DNA of 64,000 nt from Malacoraja senta (taxonomy: Eukaryota): NCBI GenBank assembly GCA_038087875.1, contig CM075994.1, forward strand, positions 5,146,001-5,210,000, written 5' to 3'. How positions within the stretch are numbered: the first letter of the stretch is position 1; every line of letters begins with the position of its first letter. This document shows positions 12,580-26,250 of this stretch, piece by piece. The notes under the pieces were generated by a model. It had not been told where the DNA came from. It ran no database searches and saw only the letters and a program-made list of their open reading frames with translations. Both the position numbers and the translations under genes were made by a program.

Positions 12580-13140
12580 ATGAGGGGTCACAGCTTAGGA
12601 ATAAGGTTAAGCAATTTTGTACTGAGATGACAAAAATGTTTTCACTCAGAGAGTTGTGGAATTATTTGCCACATAATGCAGTGGAGGCCAATTCACTGGA
12701 TGTTATCAGGAGAAGTTGGATACAGTACTTAGGTCTAATGGTGAAGGCTGATCGCCTCCGCTCAGTCCGCCAAAGCTATCCAGATCTTCCGGTTGCGAAA
12801 CAGTTTAAACCCCGCCTCCCATAGAGGGAAGAAGATACAACTTTATTGCCTTCCATCACAGTGAAGAATGTGGGGAATCAGCTGTGGTGGATTTTTATAT
12901 TAACTTTCATGCCGCTGTGTGACATTCCAACATTGACCTTTCTGCCCTGGGCCTCCTCCATTGTCAGAGTGAGGCCCAGCGCAAATTGGAGGAACAGCCC
13001 CTCGTATTTCGCGGGCAGTTTACACTACAGCGGTATGAACATTGACTTCTATACCTTCAAGTACCGTTGCATTCTCACTATCTTCATCCGCTCCCCCTTC
13101 CCATTTCTGCGATCATTCTTATTGTCTCCGACTGCAGTTT
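12580..13140 (+). mobile_element. Mixed short CR1 and Penelope fragments
   Basis: RGHSL..LWNYLP CR1 tail piece followed by PDLPVAKQF and GMNIDF Penelope pieces. Confidence 0.65.
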
Positions 13141-13159
13141 GTCTCAGTTTGCTTTATTG

Positions 13160-13458
13160 NNNNNNNNNNNNNNNNNNNNNNNNNNNNNNNNNNNNNNNNN
13201 NNNNNNNNNNNNNNNNNNNNNNNNNNNNNNNNNNNNNNNNNNNNNNNNNNNNNNNNNNNNNNNNNNNNNNNNNNNNNNNNNNNNNNNNNNNNNNNNNNNN
13301 NNNNNNNNNNNNNNNNNNNNNNNNNNNNNNNNNNNNNNNNNNNNNNNNNNNNNNNNNNNNNNNNNNNNNNNNNNNNNNNNNNNNNNNNNNNNNNNNNNNN
13401 NNNNNNNNNNNNNNNNNNNNNNNNNNNNNNNNNNNNNNNNNNNNNNNNNNNNNNNNNN
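13160..13458. other. Assembly gap
   Basis: Run of N. Confidence 1.
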
Positions 13459-14919
13459 TGTTTGTTGATGCAAACTTGATAATAATTGGCTGCTTAGACA
13501 ATTAAAGTAATCACAATGTGGTTACGATACCTTGATGACAACATTATTGATGGCAGAGCTTGACCACAATTACTATTCAAAATGTAATTTAAACTGGGGG
13601 TGATGGATTGCTGAGCAATAAGAGTCTATTCCATTGTATCTGTTTATTTATTGTGTGTATTTATATGGTCTATGGTATATAAACACACTGAGCTTTAATC
13701 TCCTGTTCTGTATTATGTTTACATATTCTGCTGTGCAGCAGCAAGCAAGAATTTCATTGTCCTATATGGGACACGTGACAATCAAACTCTCTTGAATCTT
13801 GATTTAGACTTAAGCAAAAAAGGGTTCTTGGCGAAAAAAGAGATAATTTAAATTTAGTTGCGTCTGGTTGGGTAACTATTGTGGGGTGTGGACTATTCCA
13901 TGCTTTAATTGTGCGCGGGAAAACCATGCAGCAGCCAGCAACTCTGGATAGAAGAAATTGGGTGACGTTTCGGGTAGACTCTTCTTTACTCTGGTTTCAG
14001 TGTATTTCGTTCAATTTTAAGATACAGCGTGGAAAGAGGCTCTTCGGCCCACCGAGTCCACGCCGACCACCGATCACTCGTACACTAGTTCTATCCCACA
14101 CATTAGCGGAGTAAGTCAAGAGTCAAGTGTGTTTTAGTTTGTCACGTCCCACTTAGAACAATGAAATCCTTACTTGCAGCAGCACAACATAATATGTAAA
14201 CATAGAATGTAAACAATGTTATAAACGAGAAAACAAAACGGTGTATATTTATGTATGAATATATAACTATCTATATACTTTTAAAACTCTCTGGCTGTCG
14301 TCCGTCTGTACGTCTGTACGTCTGTACGTCCGTACGTCTGTACGTCTGTACGTCCGTACGCCGCCTTTGATACCGCCCCTGGCGCACACAGCGCGTGGAA
14401 AGGCCCATATTTTTTACCATTTCCAAAGAGATGACATTTATCTTTACGAATAGCCACTCCTGATTAAATTCGGTCCTGTTTATGTACACGTTTTTTTTTA
14501 AAATAAAATCCTTTTTTTTTAATTTTTAATTTTTATTTATTAGAAGTACATTACATTACAACCACATACATTAATACTCGTCATTTATATCTTCTTACAA
14601 TTAATGTACTCCCTTTATTTATTTTTTTACACTAGAGAAAGAAAAGATTGAAAGAGAGAAGAAAGTGAAGGAAAAAGTGCAAGTGTAGAAAAGTGTAGAA
14701 AATGTAACAACAAAAAAGGACGAAGACCCTATAAGAGCGAAATTAAAAACAAAAAGAAAAAGAGTTAAGAAATAGGCCCTAAGAAAAGAAAAGAGAAAGA
14801 GAAAAAAGAAAAACAAATGTTTTTTTTGAGCAACACGTAAATAGGACATACCAACTCTTCAACTATCATCCCCCCTTACCCGACCTCAATTTTTTATTTT
14901 TTTAAAGTACTTTTGCACC

Positions 14920-17900
14920 CTATGTTTGTAATAATTCTATAAATGCAGACCACGTCAGGTGGAAGTGATCTGGTTTACCTGCTAGGAGGAGTCTTATCTC
15001 TTCAAGGTGTAATGTTTCAAACATATTTGAAATCCACATATTTATAGTTGGTATTGGAGCCTTCTTCCAAAATTTTAGAATTAGCTTTTTTCCAGTTATT
15101 AACCCATAATCCATTAATTTCTTTTGAAACACATTTAGTTCTGGATCATCTTCCGTTATTCCGAAGATAATCCATTCTGCTTTGGGTATCAGTCTTGTTT
15201 TAAATAACTTTGTAAAGATTTCAAAAATTTCATTCCAAAATTTTTGAATTTTTGTACAGAAGACAAATGAGTGCGCTATAGTTGCTTCTTGGGATTGACA
15301 TTTATCACAAATAGATGATACGTTTGGGAAAATTTTATGAATTTTAGTTTTCGAATAATATAATCTATGTAAAATTTTAAATTGTATTAAAGTGTGTCTT
15401 ACATTAATCGAGCATTTATGCACTTTTAATAAGTATTCATTCCAACTTTCCTTTGAAATTTTAATAGCTAACTCTTGTTCCCAGTCTCTTCTGATACCCT
15501 CCGTTGATGGTATTTGTGCATTTAAGATAATATTGTACAAATATGATATTAAGTTTGCTGATTCCGCTTTTATCTGCATTGCCTCGTCCAGTACATCTGC
15601 TGGGTTATTATGATGATCTTTTATATATTTTTTCAAATAGTCGCATATTTGAAAGTATTTAAAATATTGATTATTTCCGAGTTTATATTTTATTTGTAAT
15701 TGTTGAAATGAAAGTAATTTTCCAGTTTCATACAAGTCACCAAGCGTTTTAATGCCTAGTCTATCCCATTGTGTATAAGCTTTATCTATAATAGAAGGAC
15801 TAAACGAAGGGTTATTGACTATAGGTAATAAAAGTGATAAGTTTCTTAATTTTAAATTTTGTTTTATTTGTTTCCAAATACGGATTGTACTATGAATAAT
15901 TGGGTTCTTATTATAGTTTATGTTATTCAATTTCATTGGAGAGAGGAGGATCGCTCCAATGTTTCTAGAGGAGCAATCCTCTTTCTCCATTACAATCCAG
16001 TCTACTTGCTGGGCGGAGTTATCCATCAGTTGAATCATGTTTTTAATATTTACTGACCAATAATAATACATAAAATTAGGTAGTGCTAGACCCCCCAATA
16101 CTTTAGATTTATTCAGATGGGTTTTTTGTATTCTATGTGATTTATAGTCCCATATAAAATTAGTGATATCTGAGTCAAGTTTTTTAAAAAACTTCTTAGG
16201 TAAGTATATAGGAATTGATTGAAATAGGTATAAAATTTATGGTAAAAAGATCATTTTTATTGCGTTTATTCGGCCTATTAAAGACATCGGAAGCGTTTTC
16301 CAGAATTGAATTAATGTATTCAGTTTATTAAGTAGGGGGTCAAAATTTGCCCTGAGCATACCTTGATATGCTCTGGTAATTTCGATTCCCAAATATTTAA
16401 ATTTTTCTGTAGCTATTTTAAAAGGGAATTTTAAAAGATGTGTTGAATCTTTCGGTTTTATTGACATAATTTCACTTTTATTCCAATTTATTCTATATCC
16501 AGAAAAAGATCCGAAGTCTTCAATTAAATTTAATATATTTGGTATAGTGATTTGAGGTTTTGTAATATACAATAATATATCATCCGCGTATAAAGATATT
16601 TTATTATATGAGTCTTTAGTATTATATCCATGAATATCAGGGTGTATTCTAATTTTTTCTGCTAGCGGTTCAATAATGAGTGCAAACAGCTGTGGTGATA
16701 ATGAGCATCCTTGTCTATTTCCCCTTGATAGTTGAAATTTCGAGGATAATATGTTATTAGTAAGTATTCTAGCTGTAGGTTTGTTATATAGTAACTTAAT
16801 CCATAAAATAAAATTCTCTCCCAGTTGAAATTTTTGTAATACTTTATCCATATAATTCCATTCTACTTGATCAAATGCTTTTTCAGCATCCAGCGAAATA
16901 ATTGATAATTCTTGATCTTCAGATTTGTGTGAGTGCATTATGTTGAGTAGACGTCTCATATTATTAGAAGAGTATCTCTTAGGGATAAACCCTGTCTGAT
17001 CTGGGTTTATTAATTTACTAATGTATTTACTTAATCTTCTGGCTAATGTTTTCGCTAATATTTTTTGATCTGTGTTTAACAATGCTATAGCTCTATATGA
17101 GCCAGGTTCTTCTAAATCCTTATTTTTCTTAGGTATTAATGTCATCGTTGATTCCGCTAATGTATCAGGTAGTATTCGTTTTTTAAAAGCGTATTGGTAC
17201 ATTTTTTGTAATCTTGGTATTATTTTATCATAAAAGCTTTTACAAAATTCATTAGTAAATCCATCAGGGCCTGGTGTTTTTCCATTTTTTAGTGAGTTTA
17301 TTGTATCTTCTAATTCCTTAATTGAGATTTGTGCACCCAGTTCCTCTTGTTCCTTCAGCTCTAACTTTGGAAGATTACAGGTATCCAAGAACTTTGTGAT
17401 ATTATTGGAATCAATTATCGTTTTAGATGTATACAAATTCTCGTAAAATTGCGCAAATCTTTTATTAATATCCTTCGGTGTTGTTAATAATTCCCCTTTA
17501 TCTGATTTGATCTTTGGTATAGTATGTTCCTTTTCTCGTTTTTTTAGCTGGCGAGCCAAAAGTTTATGCGGTTTATCCCCAAATTCAAAGTGCTCTTGTT
17601 TTGCAATTTGAAAAAGTCTTATAAGTTTGGCAGATAATAATTTATTTAATTTATATTTTAAAATTATTATTTTATTATGTTTATCTATTGATGGATCTTT
17701 AGCATTATCTATATCCATTTGTCTAATAAATTCTTCTAACTGTCTTTGTTCATTCTTATTCTTTTTATTTTGAAAAGCTTGATATGAAATTACAATACCC
17801 CTAATGTATGCTTTAAAAGATTCCCAAAGTAAAGTAGGCGATATATCTGAAGTATCATTTGTTTGAAAAAAGACCTCCATTTGTTCATTTAAATATATAC

Positions 17901-18711
17901 TCGCTTGTGGATCTTTTAAAATTTGAGAGTTAAATCTCCAGAATGAATTATTCTTAGACAATCCTTCCAGTTTTAAAAAGAAAGTTAGTGGAGAATGGTC
18001 TGAAATTGAATTTGTATGATATATTGCATTAGATGTTTGGGGGATTAATTTTGTATCCAGCAGAAAGTAGTCTATACGTGAGTATGTCTAATGTACCATT
18101 GAGTAAAACTAATATTCCCTGCCAGTTGGATTCACAATTCTCCAAACATCTGCTATATTAGTGTTATTTATGTAGGTATTGAGGAGTTCCCCAGTTTTCG
18201 ATTTCATATTCCCTCTCTGTTTTTGACTTGATTTATCTAAGTACGGATCTAAAACACAGTTAAAGTCTCCGCCTATTATAACATTTTGATAGTTTGACTC
18301 TGCAATTATATTGAAGATTTTATTGAAAAAGTGGGGGTTATCAAAGTTAGGGGCATATATATTTACCAAAGTAAGTGGAGTGTCATGGATTTCTCCATTA
18401 ACTATTAGGTATCTCCCTTCTATATCTGTTATAATATTCTTTGCTTTAAATGGTATACCTTTTCTTATGATAATTGACGTGCCTCTAGATTTTGAAGTGA
18501 ATGAAGAGTGGTATGTTTGACCTATCCATTTCGCCCTCAGCCTAACTTGGTCCTGAGGTTTTAGGTGTGTTTCTTGTAGGAAGGTAATGTCAGAATTATA
18601 CATTTTTAGCTGAGCTAATATCTTACCCCTTTTGATAGGTTTATTAATACCTCTTATATTCCAACTACAAAATGAGATTCCTCCTAGGTTCTTTTGTGTG
18701 GTGTCATGCAT
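14920..18711 (-). pseudogene. L1 ORF2p (EN, RT, cysteine-rich domain), one frame with three nonsense codons
   Basis: The three track ORFs share one frame; stops near 18109, 18088 and 16237; motifs SWNIRG, LQETH, GGDFN, YSRIDY, RQGCSLSP, LYADD, CDKC..H..C. Confidence 0.92.
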
Positions 18712-19516
18712 TTTGAATAATTATAGTACCTTTGAATCTTGTGGTGCGTCCATATCCCAGGTCTTTAGGTATTGGGGGAGTTTTTGAATTATTAACTTTT
18801 GTTGATATGTCCATATTATTCTTATCACTAAACACAAAACACAAACAAGTGAATTTATGTGATAAAAAAAAAACTAAAAAAGTGAGGCTACAGTGTCTAT
18901 AGTCGGCACTGTAGCGAGTGACCCACCTGTAGGTGGAAAAAAACCTTATTTTGACTTCCATTGCGTTGTTGCTCAACTCGCTCCGCTCTCTTAGTTAATC
19001 ATAACATATTAAAATATTAAAACGAGGCCTCACATTCATATATATAATACAATTTTACCCTGATATTTCCTTATAACATATATATATATCAGAGTTTAAT
19101 TATTAAACCAATATTTTTGATTTCAATAAGAATCAGCTGTTGGTTGAAGGGGTTAACGAGACGTGCTCCTGGACATAAGCCAGGAGCTCGTTTCTCATCC
19201 CCTCCTCCCGCTTATAGACAAGGTTACAATTTATTAAAAATTCATATTAGTATGTTAGTTCATTATTTTTTTGTTTTTTTTGTTAGTATTCTAATCTAAC
19301 CTGCATAACTTTTAAAGTTGTTAATAGGATAAGTTCTTACAATTGGTTTTAACATTTTAATCAATAAGCAATTATTTTCTAATTCATATCCCGCTATAAA
19401 GTTGTTTACACGTTTTGAACAGAAAATGTCCTTGCTTCAACATTCCAGAGATAACAATGTAACTATCCCCAGACAAAACATAGCTGAGAATTATTCGGAT
19501 CTGCCAAAGCTCCCTT

Positions 19517-20587
19517 TTATTTCTGTCTTTCAACAATCGTTTGGGCATATTTGAAAGCGTCTTCAGGCTTAACAAATGACTTTTCAAGACCATTAAATGA
19601 AATACGCATTTTAGCGGGATAAAAAAAACCAAATCTGACCCCTTCTCTCCCTCTTAAAAGATCTTTAACCTTATCAAATTTGTTTCTTTTTTGCACAATT
19701 TCATGTGGGTAGTCCCTGAATATCTTAATAGTGTCTTTGTCCAGCCGTAATTGTACACCATATTTGATTTTAGTCATAACGTATTCCAGTTCTGCAGTAT
19801 CTCGAAATTTCACTATAATATGTCGTGGATAAGCTTTTCCCGCATCAAATCTTTTTCCAAATCTTGGGACACGATGAGCCACTTCGATTTTCGGTTCCTT
19901 GGGAAGATTCAACAGTTGTTTCAACAAGCCCATGGCAAATTCACGTACCTGTTCCCCTTCTGCCCCCTCTGAAACACCAAGAATTCTCAAATTCTGGCGT
20001 CTAGAACGAGCTTCCAGGTCCAGGCATTTGAATGAGACTTTCTCTAATTGAGTCCCCATTTGTAGTGATGCTTGTTCGTTTTCTCGCCTCATTTGCTCAT
20101 GTTCTTGCCTCAATTTCGCCATGTCTTCAACCAGTCGAGCCGTATTTTTCTCCAATTCCGTAATTGTCTGCATACTTGCAGCTACTGTTTCAAGTACAGC
20201 CGTGAACTTATCCGTAGTAATTACATCCATCTTATCCATTTTCTCTGATAGTCCATCTTTCACCTCATCAATTCGTTTATTCATAATGTCCAGTAAATCC
20301 GTCATATTCTTCTGGTTACCAGCATTTAAATCCTTCATCATCTTCTGCATTCCTTCCATCATTTTTGCCGAATTTTCTTTCATTTCCTTCTTATCTTCCA
20401 CCCTATTATCCGAGATCTCATCTTTCAAATTTTTCATTGATTTCTTCAAGTCATCAAAGTCTTTCTTAGATCTTGTATCCATTTCTGCAGCCACTTCAGA
20501 GACTTCAGAGGTAACTTCTGTTTCGAACTTTTTCGACAGCTTATTCACAGCTCTCTGAGGGCTCACAGCTGGAGTCAATTTACTCAT
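19517..20587 (-). CDS. L1 ORF1p (coiled coil, RRM, CTD), intact 356 aa
   Basis: Long coiled coil, LEARSRRQNLRILGVSEG, AHR, PRHIIVKF, IKIFRDYP, FFYPAKMRI motifs. Confidence 0.9.
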   Translation of the reverse strand: MSKLTPAVSPQRAVNKLSKKFETEVTSEVSEVAAEMDTRSKKDFDDLKKSMKNLKDEISDNRVEDKKEMKENSAKMMEGMQKMMKDLNAGNQKNMTDLLDIMNKRIDEVKDGLSEKMDKMDVITTDKFTAVLETVAASMQTITELEKNTARLVEDMAKLRQEHEQMRRENEQASLQMGTQLEKVSFKCLDLEARSRRQNLRILGVSEGAEGEQVREFAMGLLKQLLNLPKEPKIEVAHRVPRFGKRFDAGKAYPRHIIVKFRDTAELEYVMTKIKYGVQLRLDKDTIKIFRDYPHEIVQKRNKFDKVKDLLRGREGVRFGFFYPAKMRISFNGLEKSFVKPEDAFKYAQTIVERQK

Positions 20588-21264
20588 TTAAAGGGCTTCA
20601 AACCACCGTTTAAAACATCGCGTTTAACGATGACGTCATCAGCGCGGTAACCAGAAGCTCCGGTAAGGTTTTTAAAAACAATCCCGATTTTCGGACCCGT
20701 TTTACACGATAAATCGTGAAGTTTTTCGGGAGAGGAGCTGGGTGCACGTCTGTTAGTCTAAAATCCATCCGCCCCCCCACCCCCATGTGATTTTGTCCGA
20801 TTGTCTCCGATTTTCTCCGAAAACGACGCCATCTTTTTTTCTCCGATTTTCTCCGAAAACGACGCCATCTTTTTTTCGCCGATTTTCTCAGATTTTTTCA
20901 GAAAACGACGCCATTTTTTTTCCCGCAGATTTACACCCCGGGGTCTGAAGCACGTTCGGGAACAACACCCCGGGGTGTCAAGCACTTTCGGGGACCAGTC
21001 CCAACGGGTCTGCACTTGGTTTAGTATATATATATAAAAGTGTGTGTGTGTATATAATATATATACCCCCCCCCCCACACACACACACACACAATTTGCC
21101 TCCTGGGATTAATAAAGTTCTGTCATATAGTATCGTGTGTGTAGGAAGGAACTGCAGATGCTGGTTTAAACTGAAGATAGACACAAAAAGCTGGAGTAAC
21201 TCAACAGGTCAGCCAGAATCTCTGGACAAAATGAAAATATTATGTTTTGGGTTGGATGAGAAAT

Positions 21265-21780
21265 AGGTTCCTGCACACCTTTGGAATGTGGAAGGAAACA
21301 AGAAAACCAGGATAAAACCCATGCGATCAAAGCGATAAGGAGCAAACCATACAGTTAGCACCCATATTCAGGATCAATTTCGGGTCTCTGGCACTTTTAG
21401 GCAGCAACTTTATGGCCAATGTTCTGTCCCACAGTCTTGAACAATTAAAACATACAGTAGCTGTAAAGGGGGATAATTGGAGATTTAAAACTGAAAATAG
21501 ATATTTCCATTTTTTCAGTAACAAAGTTATCAACATATAATGTTTTGTGATGGAAAACAAAATATAGTGGCATAGCTGGCAGACTTGCAGCCTTACACGC
21601 CAGAGATCTGTGTTCGATCCTGTCCTCGGGGACTGTGTGTGTTGAATTTGCACATACTCCCTGAAAGCGTGTGGGTATCCTCCCACATCCCAAAGATGTA
21701 GGTGAACTTGCCGCTGTAAAACTGCCCCTAATGTTTAGGGAGTGGGTGAGGAAAGTGGGATAACAGAACTAGTGTGATGG
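21265..21780. mobile_element. Two decayed tRNA-derived V-SINE-like copies (about 21265-21435 minus, 21562-21780 plus)
   Basis: tRNA-like head with B-box gttcgatcc and core ctcccacatcccaaagatgt. Confidence 0.6.
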
Positions 21781-21799
21781 GTAGAGAAAAATTATGTAG

Positions 21800-22940
21800 A
21801 AACTCAGCGGGTGAGGCAGCATCTATGGAGCGAAGGAAATAGGCGACATTTCGACCCGAGACCCTTCTTCGGACTGATGTGAGGATGAGGGGGGGGGGGG
21901 GACGGGAGGAAGAAAAGGAAGAGGTGGAGACAGTGGGCTGAGCGAGAGCTGGGAATGGGAGGATAAAGCACTGAATACCTTAAATTGAAGGCCAATGTTC
22001 ATACCGATGGGGTGTAAACTGCCGAAGCGAAATATGAGGTGCTGCACGTCCCATTTATGGTGGGCCTTGGAAGAGGCCCAGGACAGAAAGGTCGGATTCG
22101 GAATGGGAGGGGGAGTTGAAATGCTGAGCCACCGGGAGATCAGGTTGGTTATTGCGGATAGAGCGGAGCTGTTGGGCGAAGCGATCGCCAAGCCTACGCT
22201 TGGTCTCACCGATATAGAGCAGCTGACATCTAGAGCAGTGGATGCAATAGATGAGGTTGGAGGAGCTGCAGGTGAACCTCTGCCGCACCTGAAAAGACTG
22301 CTTGGGTCCTTGAATGGAGTCAAGGGAGGAGGTAAATCGACAAGTATAGCCTTTCCTGCGGTTGCAAGGAAAAGTGCCAGGAGAGGGGTGGCTTGGGTGG
22401 GAAGGGACGAATTGACCAGGGAGTTACGGAGGGAGCGGTATCTGCGGAAAGACAACAGGGGAGGAGATGTGAAGAAGTGGCCAGCGGTGGGATTCCATTG
22501 GTAGTCCAAAAAAGATGGGGAAATCAGCTGGTAAGGCAACATCTATGGAGCGAAGGAATAGGCGACATTTCGGGTCGAGACCCTTCTTCAGATTGATGTC
22601 GGGGGAACACGAAAAATAAAGGAAAGGCGGAGACAGTATGCTGTGGGAGAACTGGGAATGGGAGGGGGAGGAGAAAGAAATTACGGCTACCTGAAATTAG
22701 AGAAACCAATGTACCTACCGCTGGGGTGTAAACTACCCAAGCAAATATGAGGTGCTGCTGCTCCAATATGCGATGTGCCTCACTCTAGCCATGGAGGAGG
22801 CACAGGTCAGAAAGGTCGGATTCGGAATAGGAAGAGGGGTTGAAGTGTTGAGCCACCGGGAGATCAGGTTGGTTAATGCGAACTGACTGGAGGTGTTGTG
22901 CGAAGCGATCGCCAAGCCTGCGCTTGGTCTCACCGAGGTT
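21800..22940 (-). mobile_element. Two tandem Penelope-like 3' fragments with pLTRs
   Basis: FTCSSSNLIYCIHCSRCQLLYIGETKRRLGDRF GIY-YIG; pLTR motifs at ~21840-21880 and ~22560-22600. Confidence 0.85.
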
Positions 22941-22974
22941 GATCATACGCTGATTGATTCAACCACATTTTTGT

Positions 22975-23309
22975 TTGGAAGTGGAAAGAAATAATAGAAA
23001 TTGCATTAATTGCAATGTGGAAAAAGAGTTGAAATAATGTATTATAATTTTGCTGCATGTCATTGTGGTATATATCATGTCTTGATTTGTGAATATGTTT
23101 AGTTTGTGACTTTATTTGAAGCAGAAATAATATGTGAATGCTTCATTGGGCATCATTCCGACTGGTAACTACGCATTTCGTCCGAGCACAATACCGCACG
23201 AGTCACGCAAGCCGTCTTAAATGACAAGCTAAACTATCATTTGGCAACGTAAAAAGCTACCAAGGTTTCCCGGCGGACAACAGAGAAAAAAATTAAGTGA
23301 GAGCCCTAC
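22975..23309. mobile_element. Possible hAT-like DNA transposon end fragment
   Basis: Ends in aagtgagagcccta (reverse TAGGGCTCTCAC, hAT-like terminus); partner end not seen. Confidence 0.3.
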
Positions 23310-23934
23310 AAGGTGTATAATATTTTTGACACGTTCATAGGCCTTTCTTACATATGCTGTCACAACGCACAGTAGCCTTTAAAAAACACTTCAGTAATTT
23401 TCCTTGCCCTCCATTTCAGAATAATAATGTTTTAAGCCAATAACTCGACACTTGCAATGGCAATAACTAAATAAATAAAAAGCGCAGCTTTCCAGCCCCT
23501 TATCTCATTGGCCACGCTCGGCTGCAAATCGGTGTCAATCTGGTAGACCATCTCCCTCTAGTCGTGGGGGTTGGGGATTGTGATGGGCCTCACAAGCGGA
23601 ACAGCTTAGTTCCTCTCTTCATCTACATCCGGCCCTGAATGCCACTAACATTTTTTCATTTGATATAAATGTTTCCACGCGCGTAAAAATTAATTTCGTT
23701 TGCACTCACCGGCGTCCATGTCCTTTTCTGTTTTTTTAAGGGTAAAAATAATAATTGTATTACTACACAGAATTGTCATGTCAACCGAGACTTCATACAA
23801 CGAATCTCTAAGTAAACTGATGGTAAGTTCAATTGAATGTGCACTTTTCAACTGTCATACCGCTTCGCACATCTTAACACATTATCTGGAACGATGCATG
23901 GCAAGATGTACAAGTTGGTTGATTAAAAAAAGTT

Positions 23935-26250
23935 CGTGGTTTTGCAGATAGTGAAGATGGTTGTGAACTATTGCAGAAGGATCTGGATCGATTGGTCAGG
24001 TGGGCGGAGGTTTGGATGATTGAATTTAACACAGGGAAGTGCGACGTGTTGCATTTTGGGACGTGTTACAAGAGCACTGTAAATGGGACGTCTATGGTTA
24101 GTGTTGCAGAACAGAGGGGTCTATGTGTACAGGTGCACAGTCGCAGGTAGATAAGGTGGTCAGAAAGGCTTTTGACACTTTGGCCTTCATCACAGACCAG
24201 TTATAGACCAGTTAGTCTAACATCGGTAGTGGGGAAACTGCTAGAGTCAGTTATTAAAGATGGGATTGCAGCACATTTGGAAAGTGGTGAAATCATTGGA
24301 CAAAGTCAGCATGGATTTACGAAAGGTAAATCATGTCTGACGAATCTTATAGAATTTTTCGAGGATGTAACTAGTAGAGTGGATAAGGGAGAACCAGTGG
24401 ATGTGTTATATCTGGATTTTCAGAAGGCTTTCGACAAGGTCCCACATAAGAGATTAGTATACAAACTTAAAGCACACGGTATTGGGGGTTCAGTATTGAT
24501 GTGGATAGAGAACTGGCTGGCAAACAGGAAGCAAAGAGTAGGAGTAAACGGGTCCTTTTCAGAATGGCAGGCAGTGATTAGTGGGGTACCGCAAGGCTCA
24601 GTGCTGGGGCCCCAGCTATTTACAATATATATTAATGATTTGGATGAGGGAATTGAATGCAACATCTCCAAGTTTGCGGATAACACGAAGCTGGGGGGCA
24701 GTGTTAACTGTGAGGAGGATGCTAGGAGGTTGCAAGGTGAATTGGATAGGCTGGGTGAGTGGGCAAATGCATGCGAGATGCAGTATAATGTGGATAAATG
24801 TGAGGTTATCCACTTTGGTGGAAAAAACAGGAAAGTACACTATTATCTAAATGGTGGCCGATTTGGAAAAGGGGAGATGCAACGAGACCTGGGTGTCTTG
24901 GTACACAAGTCATTGAGGGTGGGCATGCAGGTGCAGCAGGCAGTGAAGAAGGCGAATGGTATGTTGGCATTCATAGCAAAAGGATTTGAGTATAGGAGCA
25001 GGGAGGTTCTACTGCAGTTGTGCAGTGTCTTGGTGAGACCACACCTGGAGTATTGCGTACAGTTTTAGTCTACAAATCTGAGGAAAGACCTTCTTGCCAT
25101 AGAGGGAGTACAGAGAAGGTTCACCAGATTGATTCCTGGGATGTCAGGACTTTCATATGAAGAAAGACTGGATAGACTCGGCTTGTACTCGCTTGAATTT
25201 TGAAGATTGAGGGGGGATCCTATAGAAACTTAAAACATTCTTAAGTGGTTGGACAGGCTAGATGCGGGAAGATTGTTCCCGATGTTGGGGAAGTCCAGGA
25301 CAAGGGGGCACAGTTTAAGGATTAAGAGGAAATCCTTTAGGACCGATATGAGAAAAACTTTTTTCACACAGAGAGTGATGAATCTCTGGAACTCTCTGCC
25401 ACAGAGGGTAGTCGAGGCCAGTTCATTGGCTATATTTAAGAGGGAGTTAGATGTGGCCCTTGGGGCTATAGCGATCAGCGGGTATGGAGAGCAGGCAGGG
25501 ACAGGATACTGAGTTGGATGATCAGCCATGATCATATTGAATGGCGGTGCAGGCTCGAAGGGCCGAATGGCCTACTCCTGCACCTATTTTCTATGTTTCT
25601 ATGTTTCTATCAGTCAGTGCGTTCAGTACAGATGTTGGGAGGTCATGTTGCATTTGCATTAGACGTTGGTGAGACCGCATTTAGAATATTGTGTTCAGTA
25701 TTGGGGACCATGTTATAGGAAATATATGGTCATGCTTGAAAAGGTTCAGAAAATATTTACTAGTATCGTGCCTGGACGTGAGAGTGTGAGCTATAGGGCG
25801 AGGTTGAGTGGGTGGGTCTATATTCCATGGTGCGCAGGAGGAAGAGGGGAGATCTTATAGTGGTACACAATAGACAATAGACAATAGACATTAGGTGCAG
25901 TGGTAGGCCATTCGACCCTTCGAGCCAGCACCGCCATACATTGTGATCATGGCTGACGGTGCTGGCTCTCCTCAAGGTGAAGGGGAAATATTTAATAGTA
26001 ATCAGAGATTTAACTTATTCACAACGTGTGGTAGGTGTATGGAACAATATGACATAGGAGGTAGTGGATGCTGGGGTTGTCCAATCGTTTAAGTAGCAGT
26101 TAGACAGGTGCACGGTTGGACAGGTTTGAAGGGATATGGACAATATATGACAAGTGGGTTTAATGAAGCTGGGACAATGTTGGCGGGTGTGGGCGAGCTG
26201 AGCCGAGGGGTCTGTTGCCACACTATCTCTCTATGGTTCTATGACTCTAT
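23935..26250 (+). mobile_element. Old CR1 3' fragment split by a younger CR1 (about 24195-25610)
   Basis: Younger copy has RT motifs YRPVSLTS, QHGF, SGVPQGSVLGP, FADNTKL and a (CTATGTTT)n tail; older copy flanks it; all lie in a gene A intron. Confidence 0.9.

Larger units (their letters stand above)
14512..20758 (-). mobile_element. Full-length, young L1-clade LINE
   Basis: 5' UTR, ORF1, ~800-bp spacer, ORF2, 3' UTR, polyA; TSD TAAAATCC at 14504-14511 and 20759-20766. Confidence 0.95.
14270..21024 (+). mobile_element. Non-autonomous Helitron carrying a full-length L1 insertion
   Basis: A|TCTATATA 5' end; (CGTCTGTA)n at ~14300-14360; ~36-bp repeats at 20803-20920; 3' cccaacgggtctgcacttggtTTAG|T resembling the other Helitron ends. 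Confidence 0.7.

Noticed and set aside
20121-20558. Ser/Phe-rich 145-aa ORF
   Set aside because: Antisense shadow of the L1 ORF1 coiled coil
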